Below, in pieces: positions 20,481 to 30,606 of a stretch of 64,000 bases of DNA. Positions within the stretch are counted from its first letter, which is position 1, and each line of letters starts with the position of its first letter. Under the pieces are notes generated by a model. The model had not been told where the DNA came from, searched no databases, and saw only the letters and a program-made list of their open reading frames with translations. The stretch spans positions 32,001-96,000 of the forward strand of contig JANRIL010000041.1 in NCBI GenBank assembly GCA_033764955.1. Direction: 5' to 3'. The stretch is from Cyanobacteriota bacterium. GTDB lineage: Bacteria; Cyanobacteriota; Cyanobacteriia; Thermostichales; Thermostichaceae. The translations under genes and the position numbers were made by a program.

Positions 20481-21461
20481 CTATCCACCAATTTGGGACA
20501 TGGTGCGGCGGTAGGGATTGCCTGTCGTGCCAGAGTCCCGCTGCTTGAAATTGATGTCAGGTTTGATCAATAGGAGTTGTCCCACCTGTTCCCGCAGATC
20601 AGCTAGCGGGGATCCCTGGCGCAGTTGTGTCTTGAGATCGATTTGTCCGGTTTCGTTGAGCAGGCAGGGGCGCAGCCAACCATCTGCCGAGAGCCGCATC
20701 CGATTGCAGCGATCACAAAAGCACTCCGACATCTGGCTGATAAAACCCACCGTTCCTGCTGCCCCTGGGATGCGAAACACATCGGCGGGGCCATGTCCGA
20801 CCACCGCTCCCGTCGTCAGACCAAACCGTTGCTGGAGGCGTTGTCGCAGTTGAGCGGAATCCACCCAGCCTTTATCCTCAAACAGGGGTTGATTGCCAAT
20901 GGGCATGAATTCGATAAAGCGGATATGCCAAGCTCGATCAAGGGAGAGGGCGGCTAGATCTTCTATTTCGTGATCGTTCACCCCTGGGATCACCACCACA
21001 TTCAGCTTGAGGGGATCAAACCCGACCCGATGGGCGGTTTGGATGCCCTGCCAGACTTTTTGCCAAAGGTCACGTCCGGTGATCTGGTGAAAGGTATCGG
21101 GGTGCAATGAGTCGAGGCTGATGTTGATGCGCCGTAATCCCGCGTCGTAGAGTGGCTGGGCTTGTGCCGCCAGATCAAATCCATTGGTGGTTAGGGAGAG
21201 ATCCTCCACTCCTGATAATTGGCGGATGGCCTGGATCAGGCGAGGCAACTGGGGGCGCAAAAGCGGTTCTCCCCCGGTCAGGCGAAAGTGATGGATGCCC
21301 AGAGGAATAAAAACTTCCTGTAATAAAGTCAGTAATTCCGGATCCGTTAACAGATTTTGTTTGGCGAGCCAAGCGATCGAATCGCTGTCAGGCATACAGT
21401 ATTGACAACGAAAATTACAACGGTCGATCAGACTAACCCGCAAATAGTTAACCGATGGCAT
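20481..21461 (-). CDS. moaA: GTP 3',8-cyclase
   Basis: CNFRCQYC radical-SAM motif, [10 protein letters not shown]-terminal MSQIGG. Confidence 0.97.
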   Translation of the reverse strand: MPSVNYLRVSLIDRCNFRCQYCMPDSDSIAWLAKQNLLTDPELLTLLQEVFIPLGIHHFRLTGGEPLLRPQLPRLIQAIRQLSGVEDLSLTTNGFDLAAQAQPLYDAGLRRINISLDSLHPDTFHQITGRDLWQKVWQGIQTAHRVGFDPLKLNVVVIPGVNDHEIEDLAALSLDRAWHIRFIEFMPIGNQPLFEDKGWVDSAQLRQRLQQRFGLTTGAVVGHGPADVFRIPGAAGTVGFISQMSECFCDRCNRMRLSADGWLRPCLLNETGQIDLKTQLRQGSPLADLREQVGQLLLIKPDINFKQRDSGTTGNPYRRTMSQIGG

Positions 21462-21569
21462 AGGCTGATAATGGGTTTGAAGTCAGCCAGATCAAAGGAA
21501 ATGTCTAGCTTCTTTCAACCTCCTAAATTTAGGCTTATTGTAACCTGACTTTTTGAGGGGATCCCGGCT

Positions 21570-22445
21570 ATGTTAACTCCCTCGATGGCTAGTGGGGTGC
21601 TTTATCTGGTGGCGACCCCCATCGGCAACCGCGAAGACATCACCCTCCGCGCCATTCGCATTCTCAAAACGGTGGATTGGATTGCTGCCGAAGATACCCG
21701 CCATTCTGGGTTGTTGCTCAAACATCTAGAGATCCGCACGCCTCTGATTAGCTATCACCGTCATAACCAAGCGCAACGGATCCCGGAGTTGCTGCAACGC
21801 TTACAGGCGGGACAGTCGGTGGCTCTGATCAGCGATGCCGGAATGCCCGCCATTTCCGATCCGGGAGAGGAGATGGTGCAAGCCTGTCTAACCTCTGGCA
21901 TTTCAGTCGTACCCATTCCAGGGGCAACGGCGGCGATCACAGCATTAGCGGCTTCCGGTTTGCCGACAGAGCGGTTTGCTTTTGAGGGATTTTTGCCCAC
22001 CCAAACCGCCGCTCGTCGGGAGCGTCTCAGCCGACTTGCCCAGGAAGAACGCACCCTGATTGTGTATGAAGCCCCTCACCGCCTACCACGCACTCTTCAG
22101 GATTTGGCGATCAGCTTGGGGGAGGATCGGCAGGTGAGCGTGGGGCGGGAGTTGACCAAGCATTACGAAGAGTTTTGGCGGGGTAGCCTGGGATCCGCCC
22201 TCGCCCATTATCAAAGCCAACCTATTCGCGGAGAGTTTACGCTGGTGATCGCAGGGGGTAAGACAACGACAGCCACCGCCTCCATCGATGACCTCAAACA
22301 AGAGCTACAACACCTTTTGGAGGAGGGGGTTTCTCTCTCCCAAGCCAGTCGGCAGGTGGCCAAACACCGCCACCAATCTCGCCATCAGGTTTATCAACTG
22401 GCGTTGCAACTGCTAGCCTCCCAACCTGGATCAGAGGATGCTTGA
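21570..22445 (+). CDS. rsmI: 16S rRNA C1402 2'-O-methyltransferase
   Basis: LVATPIGN, AEDTR, SDAGMPAISDPG and RELTK motifs. Confidence 0.95.
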   Translation: MLTPSMASGVLYLVATPIGNREDITLRAIRILKTVDWIAAEDTRHSGLLLKHLEIRTPLISYHRHNQAQRIPELLQRLQAGQSVALISDAGMPAISDPGEEMVQACLTSGISVVPIPGATAAITALAASGLPTERFAFEGFLPTQTAARRERLSRLAQEERTLIVYEAPHRLPRTLQDLAISLGEDRQVSVGRELTKHYEEFWRGSLGSALAHYQSQPIRGEFTLVIAGGKTTTATASIDDLKQELQHLLEEGVSLSQASRQVAKHRHQSRHQVYQLALQLLASQPGSEDA

Positions 22446-22505
22446 GAAAAGAAAGTGGCCAAAAGAAAGCCCAGATTCAGGGAGAGAAGAGGATCCCTGG
22501 AAATT

Positions 22506-22907
22506 TTAGGGGGAGGGACGCACCCAACAACGGGGATGTCGGCTAAATCCGATGCGTGGATAATAAGCATCAGCCGCCGGAGCCGCAATCAAAATGAGAG
22601 TGGCATGGGATCCCAACTGCTCTTGAGTCAGAGATAACAGCTTTTGGCCGATCCCGTGCCGCTGATAATCGCGGTGAACAGCCAAATCTGAAACATAACA
22701 GGCGTAGTGAAAATCAGTGAGGGAACGAGCCACCCCCACTAGGCGACTTTCATCCCAAGCCGTGACGATCAGATTGGAGTTTTTGACCATTCCCTCCATA
22801 CAGATAGGATCATCAATAGGTCGGCGTTCTCCTAATGTAGAGGCCACAAGTAGGTCAATAAACTGCTCAGTAGTAATTGCTTGATTGACACCATAGTGGA
22901 TGTTCAT
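22506..22907 (-). CDS. GNAT family N-acetyltransferase
   Basis: DLAVHRDYQRHGIG acetyl-CoA motif; YYPRIGF. Confidence 0.9.
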   Translation of the reverse strand: MNIHYGVNQAITTEQFIDLLVASTLGERRPIDDPICMEGMVKNSNLIVTAWDESRLVGVARSLTDFHYACYVSDLAVHRDYQRHGIGQKLLSLTQEQLGSHATLILIAAPAADAYYPRIGFSRHPRCWVRPSP

Positions 22908-23101
22908 AAATTATCAATGCTGATAGTAGAGAGATTGTAGATCCTCACTAATACTGCGATTCAGTCCGACTAGCCATTGGCTCAATAGCTCCCTTGAGGT
23001 TGCGCCACACTCATGGGCTGATGTGAGGGTTTATGGCGATGGCTAGCCAAGCTGTCGCCCTCTGGGTTACGGTGAGGGGTGCTGATTTCAAGACAGACTG
23101 G

Positions 23102-24077
23102 CATGGTTAACGGGGGAGCAACACCGTCTCGTGAAGGGTTACGGATCGGATCCCGCAAAAGCGAGCTGGCTCTGGTTCAATCCCGTTGGGTCTTGGCTCA
23201 GTTGCAGCAGCACTATCCGGATCTGAGTCTGGAACTGCAAACCATGTCCACCCAGGGGGACATCATCCTGGATGTGGCTCTCGCCAAAATTGGGGATAAA
23301 GGACTTTTCACCAAAGAACTGGAAGTAGGCTTGCTGCAAAAAACCAGTGATTTGGCGGTGCATAGCCTGAAAGATTTGCCGACCCAGCTACCGGAAGGCT
23401 TAACTCTAGGAGCCGTCACCAAGCGAGAAAATCCTGCCGATGCCTTGGTAGTACATCGCAACAAGCAGGACTATCAACTGGATACGTTACCCGCCGGAAC
23501 CGTGATCGGCACCTCCTCCCTACGCCGCTTGGCTCAACTGCGCCACCACTATCCCCATCTGGAGTTCAAAGATGTGCGGGGCAACCTCAACACCCGCCTC
23601 AGCAAGCTGGACAATGGTGACTATGATGCCTTGATCCTGGCGGTGGCAGGGCTAGAGCGTTTGGGGATGGCGGATCGCATCCACCAGGTGATTGACCCCA
23701 GCATTTCCCTCTACGCGGTCGGACAGGGATCCCTAGGCATCGAGTGTAGAGCCGATGACGCCCCCACCTTGACCCTGATCAAACCCCTGATCGATCCAGA
23801 ATCTCAGGTTCGTTGTTTAGCCGAACGAGCACTCCTCCGTTCCCTAGAAGGGGGATGTCAAGTGCCGATTGGGGTGCATTCCCAGGTCAGCGGCGACCAA
23901 CTCACGTTAATGGGTATGGTGGCTAGTCTGGACGGAAAAACTCTGATTCGGGATCAGGTGACCGGTTCCATCAAAGAACCGGACCATATTGGCCTCACCC
24001 TCGCCGAGCAACTCAAGGAACTGGGAGCCGCCGACATTCTGCGAGAGATCTTTCGGCAAGCTCGCCCTAGTGCCTAG
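23102..24077 (+). CDS. hemC: Hydroxymethylbilane synthase
   Basis: [30 protein letters not shown] and GGCQVP motifs. Confidence 0.97.
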
Positions 24078-24094
24078 GGATCCCCATACTTCGG

Positions 24095-24727
24095 CTAACT
24101 CAAGACAATATCCTCAGCAGGGCGTTGAGCCAGCCGCTTTAGGTTTTGGTAGCGCAGCACATCCAACAACTCGTTACCGGAGCGTCCTTCTAGGCGGGCT
24201 TCCACATGCAGGGCTTGTCCGAGGGCTTCTACCGCCTGTAACCGAGGGATCCCGCGCAGCACCAGCCGATCCACCGCGTAGGCATCAGCCGCCAAGAGAC
24301 GACGGTCATTGGTTTGATCCCGACGTAATTGCCAGAGGGCTAAACCCCCCAATCCACCGGAAACCGTAATCCCCACCGGATCCTGCTGGAAGGCTTCAAA
24401 GACAAGGCTCAAACTGCCAAGAGCAGTTAAAGCCAGATAAAAGTCAATTTGCCGTGAGATAGCTCGACTATAGTAGCCAACCTTATGCAAAAACAAACCG
24501 GAGCGTTGATTGGGGGTAAATTGCCGCCATTCATGGGGTTTAACAAACAGCCGCAAGCGTCGCCGCCAGAGAAATTGGCGCTGCCCTTTGATCACAGTCG
24601 TTTGCCGATCGGGGGCAGGCAAAATCTCTACAGAATCGCGTAACCCCGCTGGTAATAGATCGAGGAGACGGGAGACTTCAGCCGGATCCAATTCGGGTTC
24701 GTTGTAGCCGTAATAACTACCATTCAT
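24095..24727 (-). CDS. DUF3318 family protein
   Basis: EVSRLLDLLPA, two TM segments, ADAYA and LRYQNL pattern. Confidence 0.7.
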   Translation of the reverse strand: MNGSYYGYNEPELDPAEVSRLLDLLPAGLRDSVEILPAPDRQTTVIKGQRQFLWRRRLRLFVKPHEWRQFTPNQRSGLFLHKVGYYSRAISRQIDFYLALTALGSLSLVFEAFQQDPVGITVSGGLGGLALWQLRRDQTNDRRLLAADAYAVDRLVLRGIPRLQAVEALGQALHVEARLEGRSGNELLDVLRYQNLKRLAQRPAEDIVLS

Positions 24728-24741
24728 GCTGACTATCCCTC

Positions 24742-25461
24742 TCAGCCTAAGCCCATTGCTTGTTTCATTTCCCGCACAGCTCGTTCTAATCCAACCAAGA
24801 CGGCTCGGCTAATAATGCTGTGCCCAATGTTGAGTTCCTCCATGCCGACAATCGCCGCCACCGGCGCAACATTCCAATAAGTAAGTCCATGTCCAGCGTT
24901 GACCCGCAGTCCCAAAGAACGAGCCTGTTGGGTAGCCTCTTCTAAAAGCTTAAGCTGGAATGATCGGATGGCGGGGGTTTTGGCTTCGGCATAGCTGCCT
25001 GTGTGTAATTCTACCCACTGGGATCCCACCTGGGCGGCGGTGGTAATGGGATCCGGATGGGGGTCAATAAACAGGCTGACCGGGATCCCGGCGCTCTGAA
25101 GTTGCTCCACAATGGTTTTGAGGGAATCCGCTTGTCCTACCACATCCAGTCCACCCTCTGTGGTCACTTCCTGCCGACGTTCAGGAACCAAGGTGACATA
25201 ATCGGGTCGCAGGTCAAGGGCAATTGCTACCATCTCCGGCGTAGCGGCCATTTCCAAGTTGAGGTGAGTACGCACCGTCTGCCGCAACAGCCGCACATCT
25301 CGATCTTGAATATGTCGGCGATCCTCCCGCAGGTGAGCCGTAATCCCATCCGCTCCGCCCAGTTCGGCGAGAACAGCCGCCGCTACCGGATCCGGTTCTA
25401 CGGTGCGACGAGCCTGCCGTACTGTTGCCACATGATCAACATTCACTCCGAGACTCAACAA
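24742..25461 (-). CDS. pdxJ: Pyridoxine 5'-phosphate synthase
   Basis: [29 protein letters not shown] and ELNIGH motifs. Confidence 0.97.
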   Translation of the reverse strand: MLSLGVNVDHVATVRQARRTVEPDPVAAAVLAELGGADGITAHLREDRRHIQDRDVRLLRQTVRTHLNLEMAATPEMVAIALDLRPDYVTLVPERRQEVTTEGGLDVVGQADSLKTIVEQLQSAGIPVSLFIDPHPDPITTAAQVGSQWVELHTGSYAEAKTPAIRSFQLKLLEEATQQARSLGLRVNAGHGLTYWNVAPVAAIVGMEELNIGHSIISRAVLVGLERAVREMKQAMGLG

Positions 25462-25495
25462 AGTAATGATTTCTCCAAGTTGGCCATACTACACT

Positions 25496-25557
25496 TTAGC
25501 CGATTCGGTAGGAAGCCCCGCGCCCTTTTCAGGGTGAGTCTGGGGATGAAAGCCGAG
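25496..25557. other. Hairpin resembling an IS200/IS605-family end remnant
   Basis: CCCCG-CGCCCT-TTTC-AGGGTG..TGGGG stem within TTAGCCGATTCGG..GATGAAAGCCGA; no tnpA/tnpB nearby. Confidence 0.3.
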
Positions 25558-25660
25558 CCTGCCGATGAAACTTCTCCGGTCAAGAGGGTAGACGAGTCGT
25601 CCGCCGCTGGTCTAGTCGCCGTTTTCTCAGATAGCGAACCACTATCCTTTTTGATTGAGC

Positions 25661-25740
25661 CTGAAGTTTATGCAACAGGGATCCCGATCCGGAGTCAGAG
25701 TTGGACTGCGTGAAGGAGATGGACTGAAATAAGCAGCTCG
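25661..25740 (-). repeat. Terminal cassette-leader remnant, including the left copy of a 24-bp direct repeat
   Basis: 25698-25740 identical to 28366-28408; 25661-25684 matches 32585-32608 at 23/24. Confidence 0.85.
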
Positions 25741-26379
25741 CTACTCATCACTTGACCAAACTAACTTGGGAGCAAACCCTAACAACCCATGCTCTTGGAT
25801 CCGCTCAACGAATATGTCTGACACATAAGGCCATGCAGATTTTGGGTGATGTAACTTCATTCTGAAAATAGTTTGATCCTTAACTAAATCAGGATAAAAC
25901 TTGAAACTCACGATACGGCTGAGAGTGCGGTCAGCTAATAAACCCTTGCTTCTCAGAGAATGATAAGAGCCAGGAGGCAATAATTTAGCTTCCTGAGCGG
26001 TATAGCAATAATCAAATTCAGAATTTTCTGTATCCAGAGCATGTACATAATTAGTTATATTATAGCAATAATATAGTCCATCTTCAGTAATGATGGGTAA
26101 CAATTCACCGTTTGGAACAAGTAGATCTTCTAATGCATCTACTGCTTTCTGACTGAAGACACGGCATGAGCCACAACCTGGGAAATCTGAAATAGGATAT
26201 TTTTTAGGTTGCTCATCAGTTACCCAATAAGCCTTGCAGGGAGTCCATTCTTGTTGGATAGATATCCCAGTAAACCATTTTTTCTCAGGAATATTCTTTA
26301 TGATTTTTCGAGCATACTCTCGCTCTAAGTTGAGCAAGTTATAAGAATTTACATCTGCGTCAAGAATATATATTCTCAT
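25741..26379 (-). CDS. Immunity protein 4 (Imm11/DUF1629-like)
   Basis: GELLP, YNITNYVHALD, IFR, VSDIFVE..GLLGF motifs; follows an AHH tip; paralog of 28409-29047. Confidence 0.8.
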   Translation of the reverse strand: MRIYILDADVNSYNLLNLEREYARKIIKNIPEKKWFTGISIQQEWTPCKAYWVTDEQPKKYPISDFPGCGSCRVFSQKAVDALEDLLVPNGELLPIITEDGLYYCYNITNYVHALDTENSEFDYCYTAQEAKLLPPGSYHSLRSKGLLADRTLSRIVSFKFYPDLVKDQTIFRMKLHHPKSAWPYVSDIFVERIQEHGLLGFAPKLVWSSDE

Positions 26380-26404
26380 CTGTTATAATCCTTCATTCTG
26401 GAAA

Positions 26405-26791
26405 TCAAAGATCTAAGTGGCCAATTACTAAATCACGGGTAATTAGTCTTAGTTCTGTAATTATTTTAGATCGAAGCTGAGAGAAATCGTCATTAGGATT
26501 ATCCTCTATAATATCCCTCAATCGCGTATTAACAGCACTATAATAATCACCACTATGCCCACCATTGTGAATGGCACCTGGCACACGCTTCGCTACCTCA
26601 CTATTAGCAGGCAACATCACCCCATTCTCGGCACTGTTGATGCCAATGCCATAATCTCTCAGAATATCCTGGGCTAACTTCGCTGCTGTTGCCGTTGCAG
26701 CCACAATATGATGAGGTCTTGTGCCACAGGGCATGTCCCCATAAACAGCTTCTAATGCTCTTGCCAGTTGGTCAGAGTTGCTAGTAGAAGA
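26405..26791 (-). pseudogene. Orphan toxin tip 3: AHH nuclease domain only (internal ATG at 26734)
   Basis: RPHHIV..INSAENGVMLP..HNGGH; close DNA paralog of ~29210-29472; lacks Pro linker and pre-toxin domain. Confidence 0.75.
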
Positions 26792-26901
26792 TCATGATTC
26801 TGTTTGTATTGTCTCTATCAGAATGCTAAAGATTATGTTGAGATTGCGTTGGCTCTATGAAATGTGAGATTTACCTTTCTCTGATAGGAATTTTGGAGTG
26901 T

Positions 26902-27453
26902 CTAAGAGGAGGATGACCAGACTTTATCAAACTTAAACCCTGTTAAATGATGTTGGCGAACCAACTCGACAAATTGATCGCTGACATAAATACTATATCT
27001 AAATTGTTTATGAGGAATCCTAAAAATTTGCAAATCACCTATTTTACTTGGAAAGAATGAATGCTTTAGAATCTCTATAGGAGATCCAGAGGGAAGTGTT
27101 CTAAATTCGGAGTTTTGTTCATCTAAGCAATCGCAAGATGAGGTAAAGTGATAAGCAAAATATGCGCCGAAACATGGTTGCAGTGGTAAAAGCTCTCCAC
27201 TCTCTAATAAAAAATTACCTAAAACCATAATTGCCAAATCACTAAAAACTGGAATAGTTCCATAAATAGTAGCTCGATCACCAGGTATCCTCCCTCTTTG
27301 TCTTTTTGATATTGAGAGATGTACTGGATTCCAGATATCTCGAATTGGATTATCCTTATGCCATCCCAGCTCCATTAATTTCTTTGACTGATCAGGATCT
27401 AGGCAATGAAACATTATCCCATTATTATCGATTACAAGCAGATATATATTCAT
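26902..27453 (-). CDS. Immunity protein 3 (Imm11/DUF1629-like)
   Basis: MNIY start, GELLP, DCLDEQNS, IFR, VSDQFVE..LTGF..VW. Confidence 0.8.
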   Translation of the reverse strand: MNIYLLVIDNNGIMFHCLDPDQSKKLMELGWHKDNPIRDIWNPVHLSISKRQRGRIPGDRATIYGTIPVFSDLAIMVLGNFLLESGELLPLQPCFGAYFAYHFTSSCDCLDEQNSEFRTLPSGSPIEILKHSFFPSKIGDLQIFRIPHKQFRYSIYVSDQFVELVRQHHLTGFKFDKVWSSSS

Positions 27454-27457
27454 GGAT

Positions 27458-28408
27458 CTAAAGCCATAGACTTGAATCATGGTTCAGAAGTCTAGTTCTT
27501 AATTCATTGAGGATTTGAACTATTTCATTGACTGGTTCATTGTTATCTTTAGCAGACTTTAATAATGTATTTACCGTATTGATATACTTGCTTGTATGAA
27601 TAGTTTGATGATACGGCCCAGGAGCATAGGACTCTCTTCCCCCAGGTAAGAAAACTCCATTCACTGCATCATCAATGCTAATTTGATAGCTATCTAATAC
27701 ATCTCGTGCTTGCTGAGCACTAGGATCATTTTGCTCTACAATATGATGCGCCTGAGTATCACATGGTTGAAAGGTTGGGGGAGGCGCTTCAGGTAAATGG
27801 CTCCCTTGTTGCATATTTTGGGCTAGGCGATTAGTGGGTGATATCCGACATTCCACCTCAAATTCTATAAATTGATTGGCTTGACCGTCAGTTCCAAGAA
27901 GACTACTCCAAACAGTAGCTGAGGATGGAGAAATACTGTTCAGCAGTTGAAAACCCATAGTGGCAGGCGGATAAGTCCCCTCAGAAGCTACCTCAATTTT
28001 TATCTTACTGAAAACTGCTCTGAGTTGAAGAGGCTGGTTTGCTACGGTTCCCTGATCCCAAAGCAATTGGCTTGATTGGGTAGTTTCGACTTGTGGGTAT
28101 GGAGGGTTGATAGTGACTCCATTTTGCTTATTCAGGAGAGGTGTAACAGTGATGCTAACTCTGTCTCCATCATCAGGATAATGTCCATTATCCCACAACT
28201 CATTTTCAAGCAAATATTCATTGGAACTAATGACAATACTGGAGGGAGGAATCTTATCGTCAACTTTGGGATCCGGTGAAGGACTAGGAGAGGGAGAAGG
28301 ACAAGCGGAGGGAGTGGGATCTGGGGGAGGATCTGGAGTCGGAGGAGGATCCCGATCTGGAGTCGGAGTTGGACTGCGTGAAGGAGATGGACTGAAATAA
28401 GCAGCTCG
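27458..28408 (-). other. Orphan toxin cassette 2: Pro linker + DNGH domain + AHH nuclease, with no start codon at its 5' end
   Basis: Frame open from 28408 to 27458; QAHHIV..DAVNGVFLP..HQTIHT; 63 bp identical to the main toxin gene. Confidence 0.85.
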
Positions 28409-29047
28409 CTACTCATCACTTGACCAAACTAACTTGGGAGCAAACCCTAACAACCCATGCTCTTGGATCCGCTCAACGAATACGTCTGACACATAAAGCA
28501 GACCAGCTTTTGAGTGATGTAAGTCCATTCTGAAAACAACTTGGTTTTTAACTAAATCAGGATGAAACTTGTAATTTATGATATGACCAAGGCTACGATC
28601 AGCTAATAATCCCTTAGTCCTTAAATAACCATAAGAACCAGGAGGGAGTAATTTAGCTTCTTCAGCAGTATAGTAATAATCAAACTCAGAGTTTTCTGTA
28701 TCCAGAGCATCCACAAAGTTAGTTACGTTGTAGCAGTAATAGGTTCCATATTCGGTAATGATAGGTAATAATTCACCGCTTGGAATAAGTAGGTCTTCTA
28801 ATACGTTCACTGCGTTCTGACTGAAGGCAATACGCCCCCCACAACCTGGAAAATCTGAAAGAGGGTACTTTTTAGGTTCTTCATCAGTTACCCAATAAGC
28901 TTTACAAGGAATCCATTCATGCTTAATTGGTTTTCTATACAACCATTTTCTCTCTCTGTAGTTAGCAGTAATTCTTCTAGAATCACTTGATTCAAGATTA
29001 AGCAAGTTGTAAGGATTAGCATCCCAATCAAGAATATAGATATTCAT
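28409..29047 (-). CDS. Immunity protein 2 (Imm11/DUF1629-like)
   Basis: MNIY start with GAGGAG RBS; GELLP, YNVTNFVDALD, VSDVFVE..GLLGF..WSSDE. Confidence 0.85.
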   Translation of the reverse strand: MNIYILDWDANPYNLLNLESSDSRRITANYRERKWLYRKPIKHEWIPCKAYWVTDEEPKKYPLSDFPGCGGRIAFSQNAVNVLEDLLIPSGELLPIITEYGTYYCYNVTNFVDALDTENSEFDYYYTAEEAKLLPPGSYGYLRTKGLLADRSLGHIINYKFHPDLVKNQVVFRMDLHHSKAGLLYVSDVFVERIQEHGLLGFAPKLVWSSDE

Positions 29048-29082
29048 TTGCTCCTCTTCTGTATCTTTGTTAAAAGTCTGGC

Positions 29083-30045
29083 TTACAATTGCAAATTCCC
29101 AAGAACTAAGTCGTTAGCAATTTTTCTTAGTTCATCAATTATTTTCCCTCTAATTTGCTGATAATTGTTACTGTTAGTAACTGCTTGATCTCTAGTTATT
29201 CTCAGTCGGTCGTTAACAGCACTATAATAAGCACCACTATGTCCACCATTATGAATAGCACCTGGCACACGCTTCGCTACCTCACTATTGGCAGGTAACA
29301 TCACCCCATTCTCAGCACTGTTGATGCCAATGCCATAATCTCTCAGAATATCTTGAGCTTCCTGCGCTGCTCCTGCCGTTGCCGCCACAATATAATGGGG
29401 TCTTGTGCCACAGGGCATGTCCCCATAAACAGCTTCTAATGCCCTTGCCAGTTGGTCGGAGTTACTGCTGGAAGTATAAGATAATCTCCTGCATTCCAAA
29501 TTAAATTGATACTTTTGACCCAGCTCTAGCATTGGTAGATTGGCACTCAATGGCTTTAACTGACTATAGCTACTGATGCTTCCTCCTGTTGGGTCATGAT
29601 TATTAAACAAAAGGTTGAGGGTCGCTGCATCAGGATAACTCCCCAAATCAATCGCCTCAATAGTAACAGAATTGTTAAATCCTGGTAAATCAACTGTCTG
29701 TAAGTTCCCTAATGTGATTGTTAGCTCGACAGGAGAGAGAGCAGGTTGAGCTGCAATATCAGAGGTAGAAGGGTTAAAAGAACCCGCAGATTCGATAGTT
29801 AGCTTGATGCGATCTTGATCCTGGTGATGTCCATTGTCTTCAAAGTTTATACCCAGAGAATAAGTATCATTCTTCAAGACCACTCTTACAGCAGACTGAA
29901 AGGCAAACGGAGTCGGATCCTTTAGGTCAGGACTAGGGCTAGGAGAGGGCGAAGGACAAGCGGAGGGACTGGGATCCGGGGGAGGATCTGGAGTGGGACT
30001 TGGGCTGAGAGGCGGCGGTGGTGGCGAACTGAATAAGCAGCTCAC
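29083..30045 (-). CDS. Orphan toxin cassette 1: Pro linker + DNGH domain + AHH-type nuclease (PHY variant)
   Basis: GTG overlapping the immunity-1 stop; PDPSPSACPSPSPSPSPD linker as in the main gene; NSAENGVMLP..HNGGH. Confidence 0.8.
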   Translation of the reverse strand: MSCLFSSPPPPPLSPSPTPDPPPDPSPSACPSPSPSPSPDLKDPTPFAFQSAVRVVLKNDTYSLGINFEDNGHHQDQDRIKLTIESAGSFNPSTSDIAAQPALSPVELTITLGNLQTVDLPGFNNSVTIEAIDLGSYPDAATLNLLFNNHDPTGGSISSYSQLKPLSANLPMLELGQKYQFNLECRRLSYTSSSNSDQLARALEAVYGDMPCGTRPHYIVAATAGAAQEAQDILRDYGIGINSAENGVMLPANSEVAKRVPGAIHNGGHSGAYYSAVNDRLRITRDQAVTNSNNYQQIRGKIIDELRKIANDLVLGNLQL

Positions 30046-30596
30046 TCCTCATCACTTGACCAAATCTTGCGAAACAGAAAGCCTGTTAATCGAGCCCGTT
30101 CAACAATATTTACAAACTGATCTGTCACACAGGGATAGCTATCATGAGGAATTTGCACAGTCTTAAAAATGGTAAGTTGGGAAACCTTTTGTGGAATAAA
30201 ATAATATTTTTTGATATAATAAACTAAGCCATTTTGATTCTTTGATAGGGAAGACTTTTCTTCATCAAGAGCATCTACAATCGTTGTGGTATTGTAGAGA
30301 TAGAATGTTCCATTATCACTTTCTAACGGTAATAACTCTCCATTCATCTCTAGTACTTCTCCTAAAGCTTCTACTGCTTTCTCGGTAAATGCAGGCATCC
30401 CACTCAATCCTGGAAAATCACTAATTAGTCGAGGGGGTTTGTCAAGATCACTAACGAGCTGGACTGGTACTGGCTCCCAAATTCCTAATACAGGATTTCC
30501 AGAGAGAAATTTACTCACTTTATTGAGTTTCTCCCCACTGCCCACAACTAAACTTCGATATCTACTAACATCGGGTACTAAATGATAAATATTCAT
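30042..30596 (-). CDS. Immunity protein 1 (Imm11/DUF1629-like), cognate to the full-length toxin
   Basis: Starts 10 nt after the toxin stop; GELLP, YNTTTIVDALDEEKS, IFK, VTDQFV..LTGF..IW. Confidence 0.85.
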   Translation of the reverse strand: MNIYHLVPDVSRYRSLVVGSGEKLNKVSKFLSGNPVLGIWEPVPVQLVSDLDKPPRLISDFPGLSGMPAFTEKAVEALGEVLEMNGELLPLESDNGTFYLYNTTTIVDALDEEKSSLSKNQNGLVYYIKKYYFIPQKVSQLTIFKTVQIPHDSYPCVTDQFVNIVERARLTGFLFRKIWSSDEE

Positions 30597-30606
30597 GCTC
30601 TGAACC

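Noticed and set aside
25057..25713. 218-aa plus-strand ORF
   Set aside because: Mostly antisense to pdxJ; no recognisable motifs
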